Shown: positions 30,048 through 40,767, counted from the stretch's first letter. The stretch: DNA of 64,000 bases from an uncultured Christensenellaceae bacterium (GCA_944381365.1 CALWKW010000002.1:180719-244718), one strand, 5' to 3'. Translations and numbers: made by a program. Notes: generated by a model not told the origin, from the letters alone.

Positions 30048-30994
30048 AGGTATTTTACCTCCATGAGTTTGATAAACAAATAGTCGAGCACATTGCTTTC
30101 CTTGCAATTACTCTCGAGCTTTTGCTTTGATTCTATAATAAGTTTGTTGAAATTGACAAGTGATGATATGTTGAAGGTATCCTTGAGGCAGTTGACTTTT
30201 TCAAATCCGTCCACTCTTACGCCTGAAAGTTTTTTGAGCAAAACTCCCGTAATAAGCTGCATCATATCGAGATATCTCGAGAGTTTTCCTTCTTCGACAT
30301 TAAGACGCTGTTGCATTCTCAAATTGTCTTTTGTGGAAGTCATATCCTTGAGTATGAATATGACATTGGTCAAATCTCCTGCAAAGTCTTCGTCATGAAG
30401 AAGCTCTTCGCATCTTTTAAGACTTCCAAGACAACAATCTATTGCTTCTTTTACCAAAGCTTTGTTTGGATATTCATTATCTTTTTTGTCAAAATAATCC
30501 TGAAGCTGTGTTCTCGAAAAAGGCAAAATACTCAGTTTTTTGCTTCTCGATTTGATAGTGTCGAGTACTGCAGTCTGTCTTTGTACTCCCAACAAAAACA
30601 CTACATTTTCCGTAGGCTCTTCTAAGCTTTTGAGCAAAAAGTTTTGCACCTTCATATCCACTTCATCGAGTTTTCTCAATATCATAACCTTGTATTTTCC
30701 GTTTGGCTTGATATATACCTGCTCGACAAATTCTCTTATGCCGTCAGCTTTGAGATTTTTGGGCTCGAATACATCCTCGTGATTGCCGTCCTCGACTTTA
30801 AGACAATCCGTACATTGTCCGCATCCCCCCTCTTTGCACAAAATTCTTTGAGCAAAAAGCGTAATGAGATTGTCGAGTGCAAGCCCGTCCTCTCCCGTCA
30901 ACATATAACAATGATTGAGTCTGCCCTCGCTTATGTCGCTGTCCAGCACTTTATATGGTTTTGCATTTTCGAGAAGTTCACGATAAGCAAGCAT
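30038..30994 (-). CDS. holB: DNA polymerase III delta-prime subunit
   Basis: C...CGQCTDC zinc motif; QNFLLKSLEEP; tmk-holB-yaaT synteny. Confidence 0.88.
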   Translation of the reverse strand: MLAYRELLENAKPYKVLDSDISEGRLNHCYMLTGEDGLALDNLITLFAQRILCKEGGCGQCTDCLKVEDGNHEDVFEPKNLKADGIREFVEQVYIKPNGKYKVMILRKLDEVDMKVQNFLLKSLEEPTENVVFLLGVQRQTAVLDTIKSRSKKLSILPFSRTQLQDYFDKKDNEYPNKALVKEAIDCCLGSLKRCEELLHDEDFAGDLTNVIFILKDMTSTKDNLRMQQRLNVEEGKLSRYLDMMQLITGVLLKKLSGVRVDGFEKVNCLKDTFNISSLVNFNKLIIESKQKLESNCKESNVLDYLFIKLMEVKYLCR

Positions 30995-31617
30995 TACAAA
31001 ATCCCTCTTTGCTTCATAATCTCAACTATGTTTTTGTGTATTGTCTCTGCGTCCTCAGAGCAGTCCATATCGATTATTCTGTCCTTATAAAGTTTGAGAG
31101 CCTCTTTGTATCCCTCATAAACTTTGATATGAAATTCCATTCCCTCTTGCTCGAGTCTGTCGTCTTTGTCCGCTCCGCCTTTTCTCTTGAAAGCCTCTTT
31201 GGGAGGAAGGTCTAAAAATATCGTAAGGTCGGGCGTTATATCGTTGCAGGCAAGCTTGTTGAGAATATCTATTTTTTCTCCGCCAAGTCCTCTTGCTATG
31301 CCTTGATAGGCAAAAGTAGAATCAGTAAATCTGTCGCAAACCACCAATTTACCTTCTTCAAGAGCAGGACGAATGACCGCTTCTACAAGCTGAGCACGGG
31401 CAGCACTATAAAGCAATGCCTCGCACATGCCTGTCATTTCGCTGTTTTCTCTGTCAAGAATTATTGCCCTGATTTTTTCCGATATAGCATTTCCGCCGGG
31501 TTCTCTCAAAAAAACCGAATTTATATTGTTGTCATTGAGATATTTTTTCATCATAGCGAGCTGAGTGGTTTTGCCTACTCCTTCGCCGCCTTCGAATGTG
31601 ATAAATTTTCCTTTCAT
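30994..31617 (-). CDS. tmk: Thymidylate kinase
   Basis: FITFEGGEGVGKTT, REPGG and DRFTDSTFAYQG motifs. Confidence 0.97.
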   Translation of the reverse strand: MKGKFITFEGGEGVGKTTQLAMMKKYLNDNNINSVFLREPGGNAISEKIRAIILDRENSEMTGMCEALLYSAARAQLVEAVIRPALEEGKLVVCDRFTDSTFAYQGIARGLGGEKIDILNKLACNDITPDLTIFLDLPPKEAFKRKGGADKDDRLEQEGMEFHIKVYEGYKEALKLYKDRIIDMDCSEDAETIHKNIVEIMKQRGIL

Positions 31618-31635
31618 AAAATCTCCTGCTTATGT

Positions 31636-32907
31636 CTATTTTATCACAGCAACCTTGCCGCTAGCAAGTCCAAAAAGTCTATTCTTGTATTTTTTGACAA
31701 AAAGCACTGCCTCTTCATCAAATATATCTCCCTTGTGAATTACGGGAACCCCCGGGGGATAAATGCCTATTTCCCCTCCGCATTGTCTTCCTTCGGCGTC
31801 TAGAATATCCACAAGCTCTATCTCTGAACCTAAGACATCTTGATGCTTTAGTATAGGCAAGACGAATTTTTCTGAATCCTTAAGCTCTATATTGTCAAGC
31901 ACATCGGCAAGCATATCGAGTTTGTCCATATTAAAAGGCGTGACGATAAGCACCAAAGTATCACCGTAAGCCGTCTCGGCAAAAATGCCTTTTTGAGAAA
32001 GTATATGATTGAGTTCATAACAATCCTTGCCCTCGAATTTTATGACCACTCTTGAAAAATCTCTTGTATCAAGCACTTTTCCTTTTTTAAGTTTTTGAGA
32101 AAAATCCTGCACTCTTTTCTTCAATTCGGCATAATACATTTCGCCTTTTCTTTCCATCAAATCCAAGCCATAGTCTATGCTTGCCATTATAAGATAGCTC
32201 GGCGAAGTAGAATGCAACATCGCTCTTATCATTCTGCATTCTTCATAAATCTTTCCGTTTATCCCAATCATACCGCCGCCGCCGAAAACGGGCAATGTCT
32301 TGTGCATACCGACCAGTGCGATATCCGCATATTCGTGAGCATTGTCAGGTAATAGAGAAGAATATACAAAATGTGCCGAATGAGCTTCATCCACTATTAG
32401 CAATGCTCCGATTTTTTTTGCCATATCGCTCAAATCTTTTAGATTTTTTACATTGCCGAAATAGTCGGGCGATGTGACGAAAATACCGCCTATATTTTTT
32501 TCTTTTGCAAGGCTTTGCAATTCCTCCAAGTTGTCGGCAATAAAGACTTTGAGATTAAAAAGCGAACAAGCACTCCAAAAAGACTTGTGCATATCGCCGT
32601 AAGCCACGACATTTTCGCTGCGTCTTTTTGCGACATTGATTGCTATCTGCATGGCAATAGTCGCACCTTCTGTGAGCATGAGGGCATGCTTATATCCATA
32701 CCTTTTTGCCAAATTCTTTTCGCTTTGCAAAATTACTTCGCTGCTGTCCAAAAGATTGTCAAGCCCCTCTACTTCCGTCCAATCAAACACTGAGGCAGAA
32801 AATAGTCTTTCTTCCTCCACATCGATACCGCTGTGCCCGGGCATACAAAATCTTGCCTTGACTTTATCGGCATATTCTTTTAGTCTGTCGTATAAAGGTC
32901 TTGCCAT
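31636..32907 (-). CDS. Orn/Lys/Arg decarboxylase family (YaaO-like)
   Basis: MPGH, VDEAH, HKTLP, STSPSY and YPPGVP motifs. Confidence 0.9.
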   Translation of the reverse strand: MARPLYDRLKEYADKVKARFCMPGHSGIDVEEERLFSASVFDWTEVEGLDNLLDSSEVILQSEKNLAKRYGYKHALMLTEGATIAMQIAINVAKRRSENVVAYGDMHKSFWSACSLFNLKVFIADNLEELQSLAKEKNIGGIFVTSPDYFGNVKNLKDLSDMAKKIGALLIVDEAHSAHFVYSSLLPDNAHEYADIALVGMHKTLPVFGGGGMIGINGKIYEECRMIRAMLHSTSPSYLIMASIDYGLDLMERKGEMYYAELKKRVQDFSQKLKKGKVLDTRDFSRVVIKFEGKDCYELNHILSQKGIFAETAYGDTLVLIVTPFNMDKLDMLADVLDNIELKDSEKFVLPILKHQDVLGSEIELVDILDAEGRQCGGEIGIYPPGVPVIHKGDIFDEEAVLFVKKYKNRLFGLASGKVAVIK

Positions 32908-32963
32908 ATCCTGTTTATCAAAAAAGCGACCGCTAAGGTCGCCCTTTATTTTTTTTGATTTGA

Positions 32964-33437
32964 TTATTTGCTGATAGCCAAAATCTTGACTTCATAACTG
33001 TTGTCGCCAAGATTTACCTTTGCACTCTGTCCTACCTTCTTGCCGAGGATTGCCTGTGCCAAAGGAGATTCATTGCTGATTTTGTTTTCAAGAATAGAAG
33101 CTTCTGTCGTACCTACGATAGTGTACTCGCATTCTTCCTTTTCATCGCAATCATAAATTTTTACCTTACAACCGAGAATTACCGAATTAAGTTTTCCGTC
33201 TGTCTCTTCGATAATCTTTGCGTTGTCTACCTGAGCCTGTATTTTGATAATCTCTGACTCGATAAGAGCCTGATGATCTTTTGCTGCATCATATTCTGCG
33301 TTTTCTGACAAATCGCCGTATTCTCTGGCACGCTTGATTCTTTCGCTTGCCTCAATTCTGTCTACATTGATGAGATGATCGAGTTTTTTTACAAGATTGT
33401 CATAGCCTTCCTGTGTCAAAACATATTCTTTTGCCAT
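32964..33437 (-). CDS. greA: Transcription elongation factor GreA
   Basis: GDLSENAEYDAAK and ISNESPLA motifs. Confidence 0.97.
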   Translation of the reverse strand: MAKEYVLTQEGYDNLVKKLDHLINVDRIEASERIKRAREYGDLSENAEYDAAKDHQALIESEIIKIQAQVDNAKIIEETDGKLNSVILGCKVKIYDCDEKEECEYTIVGTTEASILENKISNESPLAQAILGKKVGQSAKVNLGDNSYEVKILAISK

Positions 33438-33478
33438 ATATCCTCCATGCCCTTAGGGGCAAAATTATATTCTGATAA

Positions 33479-34105
33479 TTAATTAGATTTTTTTTCTTTT
33501 CTGGATTTTGTGCGATAGCTGAGCACATACAGACTTTCGCTCATAGAAATGTTTTCTACCGTGACATCTTCAGGCACTTCCAATTCGATAGGAGCAAAAT
33601 TCCAAATACTCTTTACACCGTTTTCTATCAAAGCGTCAGCGACTTCTTTTGCGGAGTCTTTCTGAGTAGCGATTATTGCCATATCTACCTGATTCTGATT
33701 GAGATAAGTCTTGAGAAAATCCATTTGATAAACTTTTATGCCGTTGATGCTCGAACAACGAGGATCGATATCAAACAATGCTCTCACATAAAAGCCGTCA
33801 TCCTTAAATCCTTTATAGCCTGCAAGTGCACGACCGATATTGCCCGCACCTACAATAATAATATCATATACTTTGTCAAGACCGAGTATTCCTGCAAGCT
33901 CGTTTTTGAGTTTTACGACATCATAGCCATAGCCCTGCTGGCCGAAACCGCCGAAATTGCACAAATCCTGTCTTACTTGCGAAGCCGTGATATTGAGTAC
34001 GCTTGCAATCTTGTTGGAACTCACTCTTTCCACACCGCTGTCAGCAAGTTGTTTGAGGTGCCTGTAATATCTGGGCAACCTCTTTATTACCGCCTCTGAA
34101 ATCAT
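33479..34105 (-). CDS. rex: Redox-sensing repressor Rex (start at MISEA)
   Basis: RLPRYYR, QVRQDL..FGGFGQQGYGY, GAGNIG and WNFAP motifs; AAGGAGGTG RBS. Confidence 0.96.
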   Translation of the reverse strand: MISEAVIKRLPRYYRHLKQLADSGVERVSSNKIASVLNITASQVRQDLCNFGGFGQQGYGYDVVKLKNELAGILGLDKVYDIIIVGAGNIGRALAGYKGFKDDGFYVRALFDIDPRCSSINGIKVYQMDFLKTYLNQNQVDMAIIATQKDSAKEVADALIENGVKSIWNFAPIELEVPEDVTVENISMSESLYVLSYRTKSRKEKKSN

Positions 34106-34469
34106 ATAGCACACCTCCTTTTCCTCAATAACATATAATATTCTAATAAACAAATGGTTGTTTTGTCAATAGTTTTGACTTTTGTTTGGACAACAATTTG
34201 TCAAAAAATTGTCATTTAGGATAAAGATTTTGAGTTTTTTATCACAACCAAAGATTAATAGGCATTGCAAAAGAAAAATACTTTCTCAAAGAAAAAAACA
34301 AAAAATAAAGCCTTTTTTGTCTGGCATTTATATTTTTGACCGCAAGATGCTATTCATTACAACATTTTCGCACTAAAACTTTGATAAGAAATTTTTTATA
34401 TTTTATTGAGATAAAAGCATAAAAAACAAACTTATCGCACAATATTATCAATACCTCATTCGTCAAAAC

Positions 34470-34498
34470 TTGACATAGCTCTTTTGCTAATGTAAACT
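34470..34498 (+). promoter_or_regulatory. SigmaA promoter positioned for a leaderless mRNA
   Basis: TTGACA-N17-TAAACT; ATG 6 nt downstream; no SD. Confidence 0.65.
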
Positions 34499-34504
34499 TA
34501 GATT

Positions 34505-34765
34505 ATGAAAATTTGGGCAAGACTTATGACAGGCGATAAAATCGCCAAAGATACGATATACAAATCCCCTCTTCCTATGACCAGCCAATCCTATGAATTG
34601 TGGCTGAGAGATATCTGCCATATTTTGGATATCCCCAATCCCGTGCTTATATCTCAGCATTTCAAAAATTTTAAGAATTTTCACAATACAAAATTCAGAA
34701 AAAGCGATTTTATAGAGTCGCTCGATTATGATATGTTTATCGTAGAGGACTGCAAGGAAGATTAA
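34505..34765 (+). CDS. Hypothetical protein (86 aa)
   Basis: Own promoter and downstream terminator; C..LDIPNP..F...DFIE pattern. Confidence 0.75.
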   Translation: MKIWARLMTGDKIAKDTIYKSPLPMTSQSYELWLRDICHILDIPNPVLISQHFKNFKNFHNTKFRKSDFIESLDYDMFIVEDCKED

Positions 34766-34974
34766 TCTTTTATTTTTAGATTTTAACGCATTTATATCAT
34801 TTTATGACAAAAACAAAAAGGCACTCATTAGGTGCCTTTTTTGTGCTTTTTGTGCCTTTTTTCTATCTCTTTGTAAAAACATATAAATAAGCAAGGGGAT
34901 TTATATGTTTTTATTAATATATTTATCTATACTATTTATTTTAGCTCAAAAAGTTTTTGTTTTTCTTTTATTGC

Positions 34975-36009
34975 CTAAATTTCTTTTCTAGCAAAGTTTC
35001 TATAACTAAGTCCCATGAAAAGTCCCGTCCATACAAGCGAGATAGGAATTATTGTCCAAAGCGACATTCCTCTCAAAGAAGGTCCTGTAAGACTCAAAGC
35101 ATTTTCCCAATTTATATTCATAAAGAAACCTGCAAACCCTATATAAGCCAGCGATACTACCGTCTCGATAAGCACGCCTATTTCCACAAGCGTCAAAAGA
35201 ATATTGAGAGTAAGAGCCAAAGACATCTTTTTGCTTAGGCTATTGATAAACATCGTCAGCTGCAACAACATAAATATTTTCACGCTTTTCATCAAAAAAC
35301 TGATAAATAAAGCCGCAAGAGGAGATACTCTTATTACGCTCGAAGCATTTGCCACTATCACGACATCCGCACTATAACCCCCGAATGCCATTACGCCTAT
35401 CATAAACGAAGCCAACATACTGAAAAGCAATACCGCCTCGCTCACGATATACACCGCAAGCCATTTTGCCGTATAAAATTTTTGTTTGTTGACAGGACGC
35501 ATAAGCTGCATTTTCATAGTGCCGTTGTTGTACTCGCCGACTGTGTTGCGACAAGCTATCACTATCATAAAGCAGATTATTACCGTCATAAGAGAGGACA
35601 TGGCAAAGCAAGTAAATTTATAATAATCGTACTCTCCGCCGATGCCTACTTCTCCCAAAGAATAAGGAGTACAAGCTCCCGCAGGAACATTATTTTCCAC
35701 AAAATATTCATACATGGAAATCTGAGCGAGAATTTGATATTTTTCGTTTTTCAGCAAAAGCCTATTGATAAAACTCGCATCCATTTGCGACTCAATCATC
35801 TCGAGCTGTACTCTTAGCTGAGCAAGTTGATACTCATAATCGCCGTTTACGGTGACTACCCCCGCACTCGTAAAAATATAGTTGAGCAAAAACGATAGTC
35901 CCATGACAACCAATATAATCGCAAGAATGACTATTGCCATAATGAGCAATGTCTTTTTTCTGTATATTTTGTATAATTCACAATTCAAATAACTATTGAA
36001 TTCTTTCAT
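34975..36009 (-). CDS. ABC-2 type exporter permease
   Basis: Multiple TM helices; GEYNNGTMKMQLMRPV motif. Confidence 0.9.
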   Translation of the reverse strand: MKEFNSYLNCELYKIYRKKTLLIMAIVILAIILVVMGLSFLLNYIFTSAGVVTVNGDYEYQLAQLRVQLEMIESQMDASFINRLLLKNEKYQILAQISMYEYFVENNVPAGACTPYSLGEVGIGGEYDYYKFTCFAMSSLMTVIICFMIVIACRNTVGEYNNGTMKMQLMRPVNKQKFYTAKWLAVYIVSEAVLLFSMLASFMIGVMAFGGYSADVVIVANASSVIRVSPLAALFISFLMKSVKIFMLLQLTMFINSLSKKMSLALTLNILLTLVEIGVLIETVVSLAYIGFAGFFMNINWENALSLTGPSLRGMSLWTIIPISLVWTGLFMGLSYRNFARKEI

Positions 36010-36959
36010 TTTGCCACCTCCTCGGAGATGCTTTTAGAAAGAGATACCTCATTATACAAATCCTCTAGTTTTCGCTTTTGTCTTGCAAGCGAATAAATAT
36101 CTATGTCATTTTGGACAAGAGCTTTTATTGCCTTGGATATATCACTCTGAGTAGCTCTTATGATAAGCATATTTTCGCTTTTTTGAACACTCAATTCCAT
36201 ATCTTCCAAAATCTTTTTTGCCTTTTGCAAGTCGCCGCACTCGAGAGCAAACTTCTTGAGCTTATCCACTCCGAAGTTGACTTCGTCCATGGTCTTTACG
36301 GCTTTTATCTCGCCTTTTACCATAAAAGCGACTCTATCGCAAAGCTGTTGCATTTCGCTGAGTATGTGCGAGGATATTATTATCGTTATGCCAAGCTCGT
36401 TTTTAAGACTCTTAAAAAGTTCTCTCATCTCGATAATACCGTTGGGATCCAAACCGTTTGTAGGCTCGTCAAGCATAAGAATTTTGGGCGAATGAATAAG
36501 AGCCTGAGCAATGCCCAATCTCTGTCTCATTCCCAGAGAATAACTCTTGAATTTGCTGTCAATTCTATCTTCCAATCCTACGAGCTTTACGATAGACTTG
36601 ATTTTTTCTTCATTGATATGAGCATTTTGAAGTTTTGCAAAATATTTGAGATTTTCCATGCCCGTAAAATCTGAGAACAATGTCGGCTCTTCTACTATCG
36701 CACCTACTTCCTTGAGAGCTTTTTCTCTGTGCTTTGCCACATCGTATCCGTCAATGATAATTCTTCCGCTGTCAGTCTTGATGAGGTCGAGCATGATTTT
36801 GATAAGAGTGGTCTTTCCCGCTCCGTTGGCTCCCAAAAGTCCAAGAATCTCTCCGTCTTCTATATCGAGCGATACATGATTGACTGCCGTAATGATATTG
36901 CCCGTCTTTTTGTTGAGTCTGTATGTCTTTGTGACATCCTGAATTTCTATTATCTTCAT
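36006..36959 (-). CDS. ABC exporter ATP-binding protein (BcrA-like)
   Basis: GANGAGKTT, YSLGMRQR and LDEPTNGLDP motifs; start set at MKIIE. Confidence 0.93.
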   Translation of the reverse strand: MKIIEIQDVTKTYRLNKKTGNIITAVNHVSLDIEDGEILGLLGANGAGKTTLIKIMLDLIKTDSGRIIIDGYDVAKHREKALKEVGAIVEEPTLFSDFTGMENLKYFAKLQNAHINEEKIKSIVKLVGLEDRIDSKFKSYSLGMRQRLGIAQALIHSPKILMLDEPTNGLDPNGIIEMRELFKSLKNELGITIIISSHILSEMQQLCDRVAFMVKGEIKAVKTMDEVNFGVDKLKKFALECGDLQKAKKILEDMELSVQKSENMLIIRATQSDISKAIKALVQNDIDIYSLARQKRKLEDLYNEVSLSKSISEEVAK

Positions 36960-37144
36960 ATCAGCCTTTTTGTTTGTGCCGACAAAATTATCGAACACCA
37001 TATTTTGTGTTTTAAAAAAACACAACAAAATTACCTTTTTATTTTTGAAATTATGTGCTATATTATTTTATGTGCTTTATTTTTGCATTAATAATATGAT
37101 AGTTTTATTTTAGCATACTTTATTGTATGTTTCAAGGAGTTAAT

Positions 37145-38563
37145 ATGAGTTTGTGTTCTTTGACAAAAGATAACGATTTAGGCATCGTGATGCTCGATAA
37201 ATGTTTTGTATTCAATTACATGCCCGAGTGCAGCGAAATTGAATTGAAAGTATATCTCATGGGACTTTCTTTAAGTTTTAACACTCTTAGTCAGGATAAT
37301 ACCATGGACTTTGTATGCAATACTCTCTCCTTGTCTCAGGAAAAAGTAGAGGCGGCTTTTGGCAAACTCAGTGATATGGGACTTGTGAATATTACGAGTT
37401 TTTCGCCCTTTGAAGTTCAGTACAAAAGTATCAAAAGCACTTTTGCCCGCCACTACAAAAAAGAAAAATATGCCGACTTCAATTCTCAGCTCGAGGCTTT
37501 GTTCCCTTCAACGCCTTTTACGAATATCAATCAATATACAGTATATTACGATTTTATGGAAGAGACAAAAATCAAGCCCGAGACACTTATTATGATAGCT
37601 CGCTACTGCGTAAACCTCAAAGGCGAAAAAATAAAACCCAACTATATTCTCGCTGTCGCAAAAAATTGGCTTGAAGAAGGGGTACGCACTCTCGAAGATG
37701 TAGAAGAAAAAATAAAACAGCTCGAGACCGTCAACGAAGCAATCAGAATGATTTGCAAGGCGGTGGGCAAAAAGAGCGAAGTGGATATCGAGGACAAAAA
37801 CCTTTATCTCAAATGGACAAACTCTTGGGGATTTGGTCTCGATGCAATTCTCGAAGGAGCAAAATCGCTTAAGAACAAAGGCGGCTTTGCAAGGCTTGAC
37901 AATCTGCTTGACGAGTTTTATCGCAACAACGCAATGAGCGTGATAGAAATCAAGACTTATCTCGACAACAAACAAGCTATGTACAAACTCGCCGTAAGCG
38001 TCAACAAAACTTTGGGCTTGTATTATGAAAATATAGAATACATTGTAGAAAAATACATAAGCGGTTGGCTGGGAAAAGGTTTTGACGACAACGCAATATT
38101 GCTTGTGGCAGAATATTGTTTTAACAAATCTATCCGTACCCTCGAAGGCATGAACAAGTGCATTGTCAAGTTCTATAATGAAGGCTGCGTCACATCTCAA
38201 GCTATCAACGAGCATCTTGCAATGCTTATGCAAAGAGATATGGCTATCAAGAAGATTATCGAGCTTACGGGTTATAGCAGAAATGTCAATATGGCAGACA
38301 GAGATATGTACAAAGTCTGGACAGAACAGTGGGGATTCGAGCACGATATGATAGAATACGGAGCAAGCCTTTGTCAGGGCAAACCTCTTTCTGCTCTCAA
38401 CAATCTTCTCACAAAATGGAAAAGCAACAACATCTTTACTTTAGAGCAGGCAAAGACTTTTGCTCTCCCCGCTTCTTCCAATCAAACTACAAATACATAT
38501 ACCAAAGAGCAGCTTGGCGATTATTTCTATACTTTGGACGAGCTGGACAACATCGAGGTGTAA
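37145..38563 (+). CDS. DnaD/DnaB-domain replication protein
   Basis: Repeated Y/F...IL..W...G..T DnaD-like modules; AAGGAG RBS before ATG 37145; paired with a DnaC-like ATPase. Confidence 0.82.
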   Translation: MSLCSLTKDNDLGIVMLDKCFVFNYMPECSEIELKVYLMGLSLSFNTLSQDNTMDFVCNTLSLSQEKVEAAFGKLSDMGLVNITSFSPFEVQYKSIKSTFARHYKKEKYADFNSQLEALFPSTPFTNINQYTVYYDFMEETKIKPETLIMIARYCVNLKGEKIKPNYILAVAKNWLEEGVRTLEDVEEKIKQLETVNEAIRMICKAVGKKSEVDIEDKNLYLKWTNSWGFGLDAILEGAKSLKNKGGFARLDNLLDEFYRNNAMSVIEIKTYLDNKQAMYKLAVSVNKTLGLYYENIEYIVEKYISGWLGKGFDDNAILLVAEYCFNKSIRTLEGMNKCIVKFYNEGCVTSQAINEHLAMLMQRDMAIKKIIELTGYSRNVNMADRDMYKVWTEQWGFEHDMIEYGASLCQGKPLSALNNLLTKWKSNNIFTLEQAKTFALPASSNQTTNTYTKEQLGDYFYTLDELDNIEV

Positions 38564-38566
38564 GAT

Positions 38567-39499
38567 ATGATAAATTATTTTAATACAATCCTTGACGGCA
38601 TTATGAATTCAAGAAGAATCATTGCAAAAGAAAATGCCGAAAAAGATTATCGCACAATACTCGCCTTGCACCCTACGCTCAAAGAAAGCGTAAAACAAAA
38701 AAAAGCTCTCGAACTTTTTATCGCAAGAGCCACTGCTCTCAAAAAGCCTTGCGAAGCTGAAGAAAAAAAGCTTGATGAACTCAACAAAAACATAAGCGAT
38801 TATGTCAAAGCAAACAATATCGTATTCAGCGTAAAATATAATTGTCCTATTTGCAAAGACAGCGGATATGTCAATCAAAAACCTTGCAAATGTCTTTTGG
38901 AAGAATACGGCAAACTTTTAAAACAAAATATGTCGCTTACTCCTTTGCCCGAGTTTTATTTCAAGGACAATACTTTTGCAAAAAGCAATGTGCCTCAGGC
39001 AGCAGGCATGAACAAGCTTTATAAAATCTTAGAGCAAGTAGCCGACAAATTTTATAGCACAAAGCTTCAGAATTTTCTTTTTTCGGGAGCAAGCGGAATA
39101 GGCAAAACTTGTCTTGCACATGCTTTTGCAAACCAACTTGTATCAAAAAACATAAGCGTACTTTATCTTTCGTCCTTCGAGCTTGTCAATATTTTTTTGG
39201 ACAAACATACCAACAAGCAGACTGCTCTTAGAAAAATCTACAACTATGTGCAAGAATGCGAAATGCTCATAATCGATAATCTAGGAGTAGAGCCTATCTA
39301 TAAAAATGTGACGATAGAATATCTTATGTCGACAATAGAAAAAAGACTTGGCGAAGGCAAAAAAACTATGATTTGCACCCAGCTTGACGGACATGCTCTC
39401 ATAAACAGATACGGCGAAGCACTCTTGTCAAAATTTGCGGACAAAAAATATTCTTTAAGTGTCGGATACATAAACGGCGAAGATTTGAGAAAGCTATAA
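38567..39499 (+). CDS. DnaC/DnaI-like helicase loader ATPase
   Basis: CPICKDSGY...CKC zinc motif; Walker A GASGIGKT; C-terminal GEDLR. Confidence 0.88.
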   Translation: MINYFNTILDGIMNSRRIIAKENAEKDYRTILALHPTLKESVKQKKALELFIARATALKKPCEAEEKKLDELNKNISDYVKANNIVFSVKYNCPICKDSGYVNQKPCKCLLEEYGKLLKQNMSLTPLPEFYFKDNTFAKSNVPQAAGMNKLYKILEQVADKFYSTKLQNFLFSGASGIGKTCLAHAFANQLVSKNISVLYLSSFELVNIFLDKHTNKQTALRKIYNYVQECEMLIIDNLGVEPIYKNVTIEYLMSTIEKRLGEGKKTMICTQLDGHALINRYGEALLSKFADKKYSLSVGYINGEDLRKL

Positions 39500-39537
39500 C
39501 AAATCAAATTTAAAAAACAATAGTTTCGATACAATCA

Positions 39538-39566
39538 AAAATCCGAGCGAAAACCGCTCGGATTTT
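39538..39566. terminator. Bidirectional terminator between convergent genes
   Basis: AAAATCCGAGCG-AAAAC-CGCTCGGATTTT. Confidence 0.88.
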
Positions 39567-39657
39567 ATTTTGATTTATGAATATTTTTTGATTTTAAAAG
39601 ACTTGATTACTGATAATATATTACGCATACGCATTAAAATAATATAATATTCTACTA

Positions 39658-39696
39658 TATTTATACAATTTAAGCCTTAGGTAAATTGTATAAATA
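39658..39696 (+). repeat. Dispersed spacer palindrome, copy 4
   Basis: TATTTATACAATTTA-AGCCTTAGG-TAAATTGTATAAATA; perfect 15-bp arms. Confidence 0.95.
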
Positions 39697-39728
39697 GGGG
39701 ATCGCATGTATGCGTGCGTACAAAATAC

Positions 39729-40589
39729 CTAATCAAGCTTTTTTGTATCGTCTTCTTCTATCTTGTTTTCGCTGTTATCTTTTGCAGACTGCTCGAGCTT
39801 GAGTGCTTCTTTCTTACTGACATAACTTCTTATCCAAGGTATTATACCTATATCGAAATCTGCATCTGCAAGCATTTTGCCTTTTTCTTCTCTCGATTTG
39901 AATAGCTTTGAATTTACTACATAATACAGACAAAGTATTCCCACTACCACAAATGCGATCACTATTGCACTTATTACCTTAACCGCAGCACTTGCCGAAG
40001 GTATCACATAAGTGATGATTTCGCCCGTAATAATTTTAATGATAATCATATTGTCCGTTCCGTCAAAATTCTTATATATGACACCATTATGTATAAGTAC
40101 CGATACAAGCACCATTATTGCTACGCCTATAATAGGCACATAAATTTCTTTGATTTTGTATTTGTCGACATTGCATAGCAAAAGCAAACCGCAGAAAAAC
40201 AATACACTATGCTGTATTACCGCCATTACGATATAAAACACGCTTGATGTATCACTTACTATCGAATCCGGTGCGGCAATACCCGCTACTATATAAGCTA
40301 CTCCCGCAAGTGCCGAACAGAATCCTGCATAAGCTCGCATCTTTTTTATACCAAGCACAAAAGTAAAACCTAATACAAAATACGACATTTGCGAAAATTC
40401 TATGGGATACATAGATTTGCCGATAATGCGATAAACACTGAACTCTATCGTCTTGTAAACTAGCAAAACAAGACCGATTACAAAAAGAATAATAATGCTG
40501 ATTTTTCTTTTATCTCTCAAAAGCCAAGTTAAAAAAACAGCCAAAACACCAGCAAGCACTATAATAAGTGCCAACCACCAATACTCCAT
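39729..40589 (-). CDS. Integral membrane protein (possibly YwaF/TMEM164-like)
   Basis: About 7 hydrophobic segments; GGAGGTG RBS. Confidence 0.7.
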   Translation of the reverse strand: MEYWWLALIIVLAGVLAVFLTWLLRDKRKISIIILFVIGLVLLVYKTIEFSVYRIIGKSMYPIEFSQMSYFVLGFTFVLGIKKMRAYAGFCSALAGVAYIVAGIAAPDSIVSDTSSVFYIVMAVIQHSVLFFCGLLLLCNVDKYKIKEIYVPIIGVAIMVLVSVLIHNGVIYKNFDGTDNMIIIKIITGEIITYVIPSASAAVKVISAIVIAFVVVGILCLYYVVNSKLFKSREEKGKMLADADFDIGIIPWIRSYVSKKEALKLEQSAKDNSENKIEEDDTKKLD

Positions 40590-40738
40590 AATTCACCTCC
40601 ACTAAAATTATTATACTACAAACTTTCTCAATAGTACATAAAATATAAAAAGCAATATAATCAAAAAACCGATTTCTTACTTTTTGTTTACAAAAAAAAC
40701 TTAAAAATTCTTTTATTTTTGCAAAATAAAAAAAATAA

Positions 40739-40767
40739 TTGACACGACAATGTCTTTACATTATAAT
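40739..40767 (+). promoter_or_regulatory. Consensus sigmaA promoter of the tRNA-Thr locus
   Basis: TTGACA-N17-TATAAT, perfect match. Confidence 0.85.

Noticed and set aside
33448-33470. TGCCCTTAGGGGCAAAATTATAT before greA resembling the repeat spacer
   Set aside because: Only a 5-bp hairpin with a TTAG loop; no matching left arm
37127-39499. DnaD plus IstB-like ATPase as a prophage or IS21 module
   Set aside because: No integrase, IstA or phage genes nearby; fits the chromosomal clostridial loader pair
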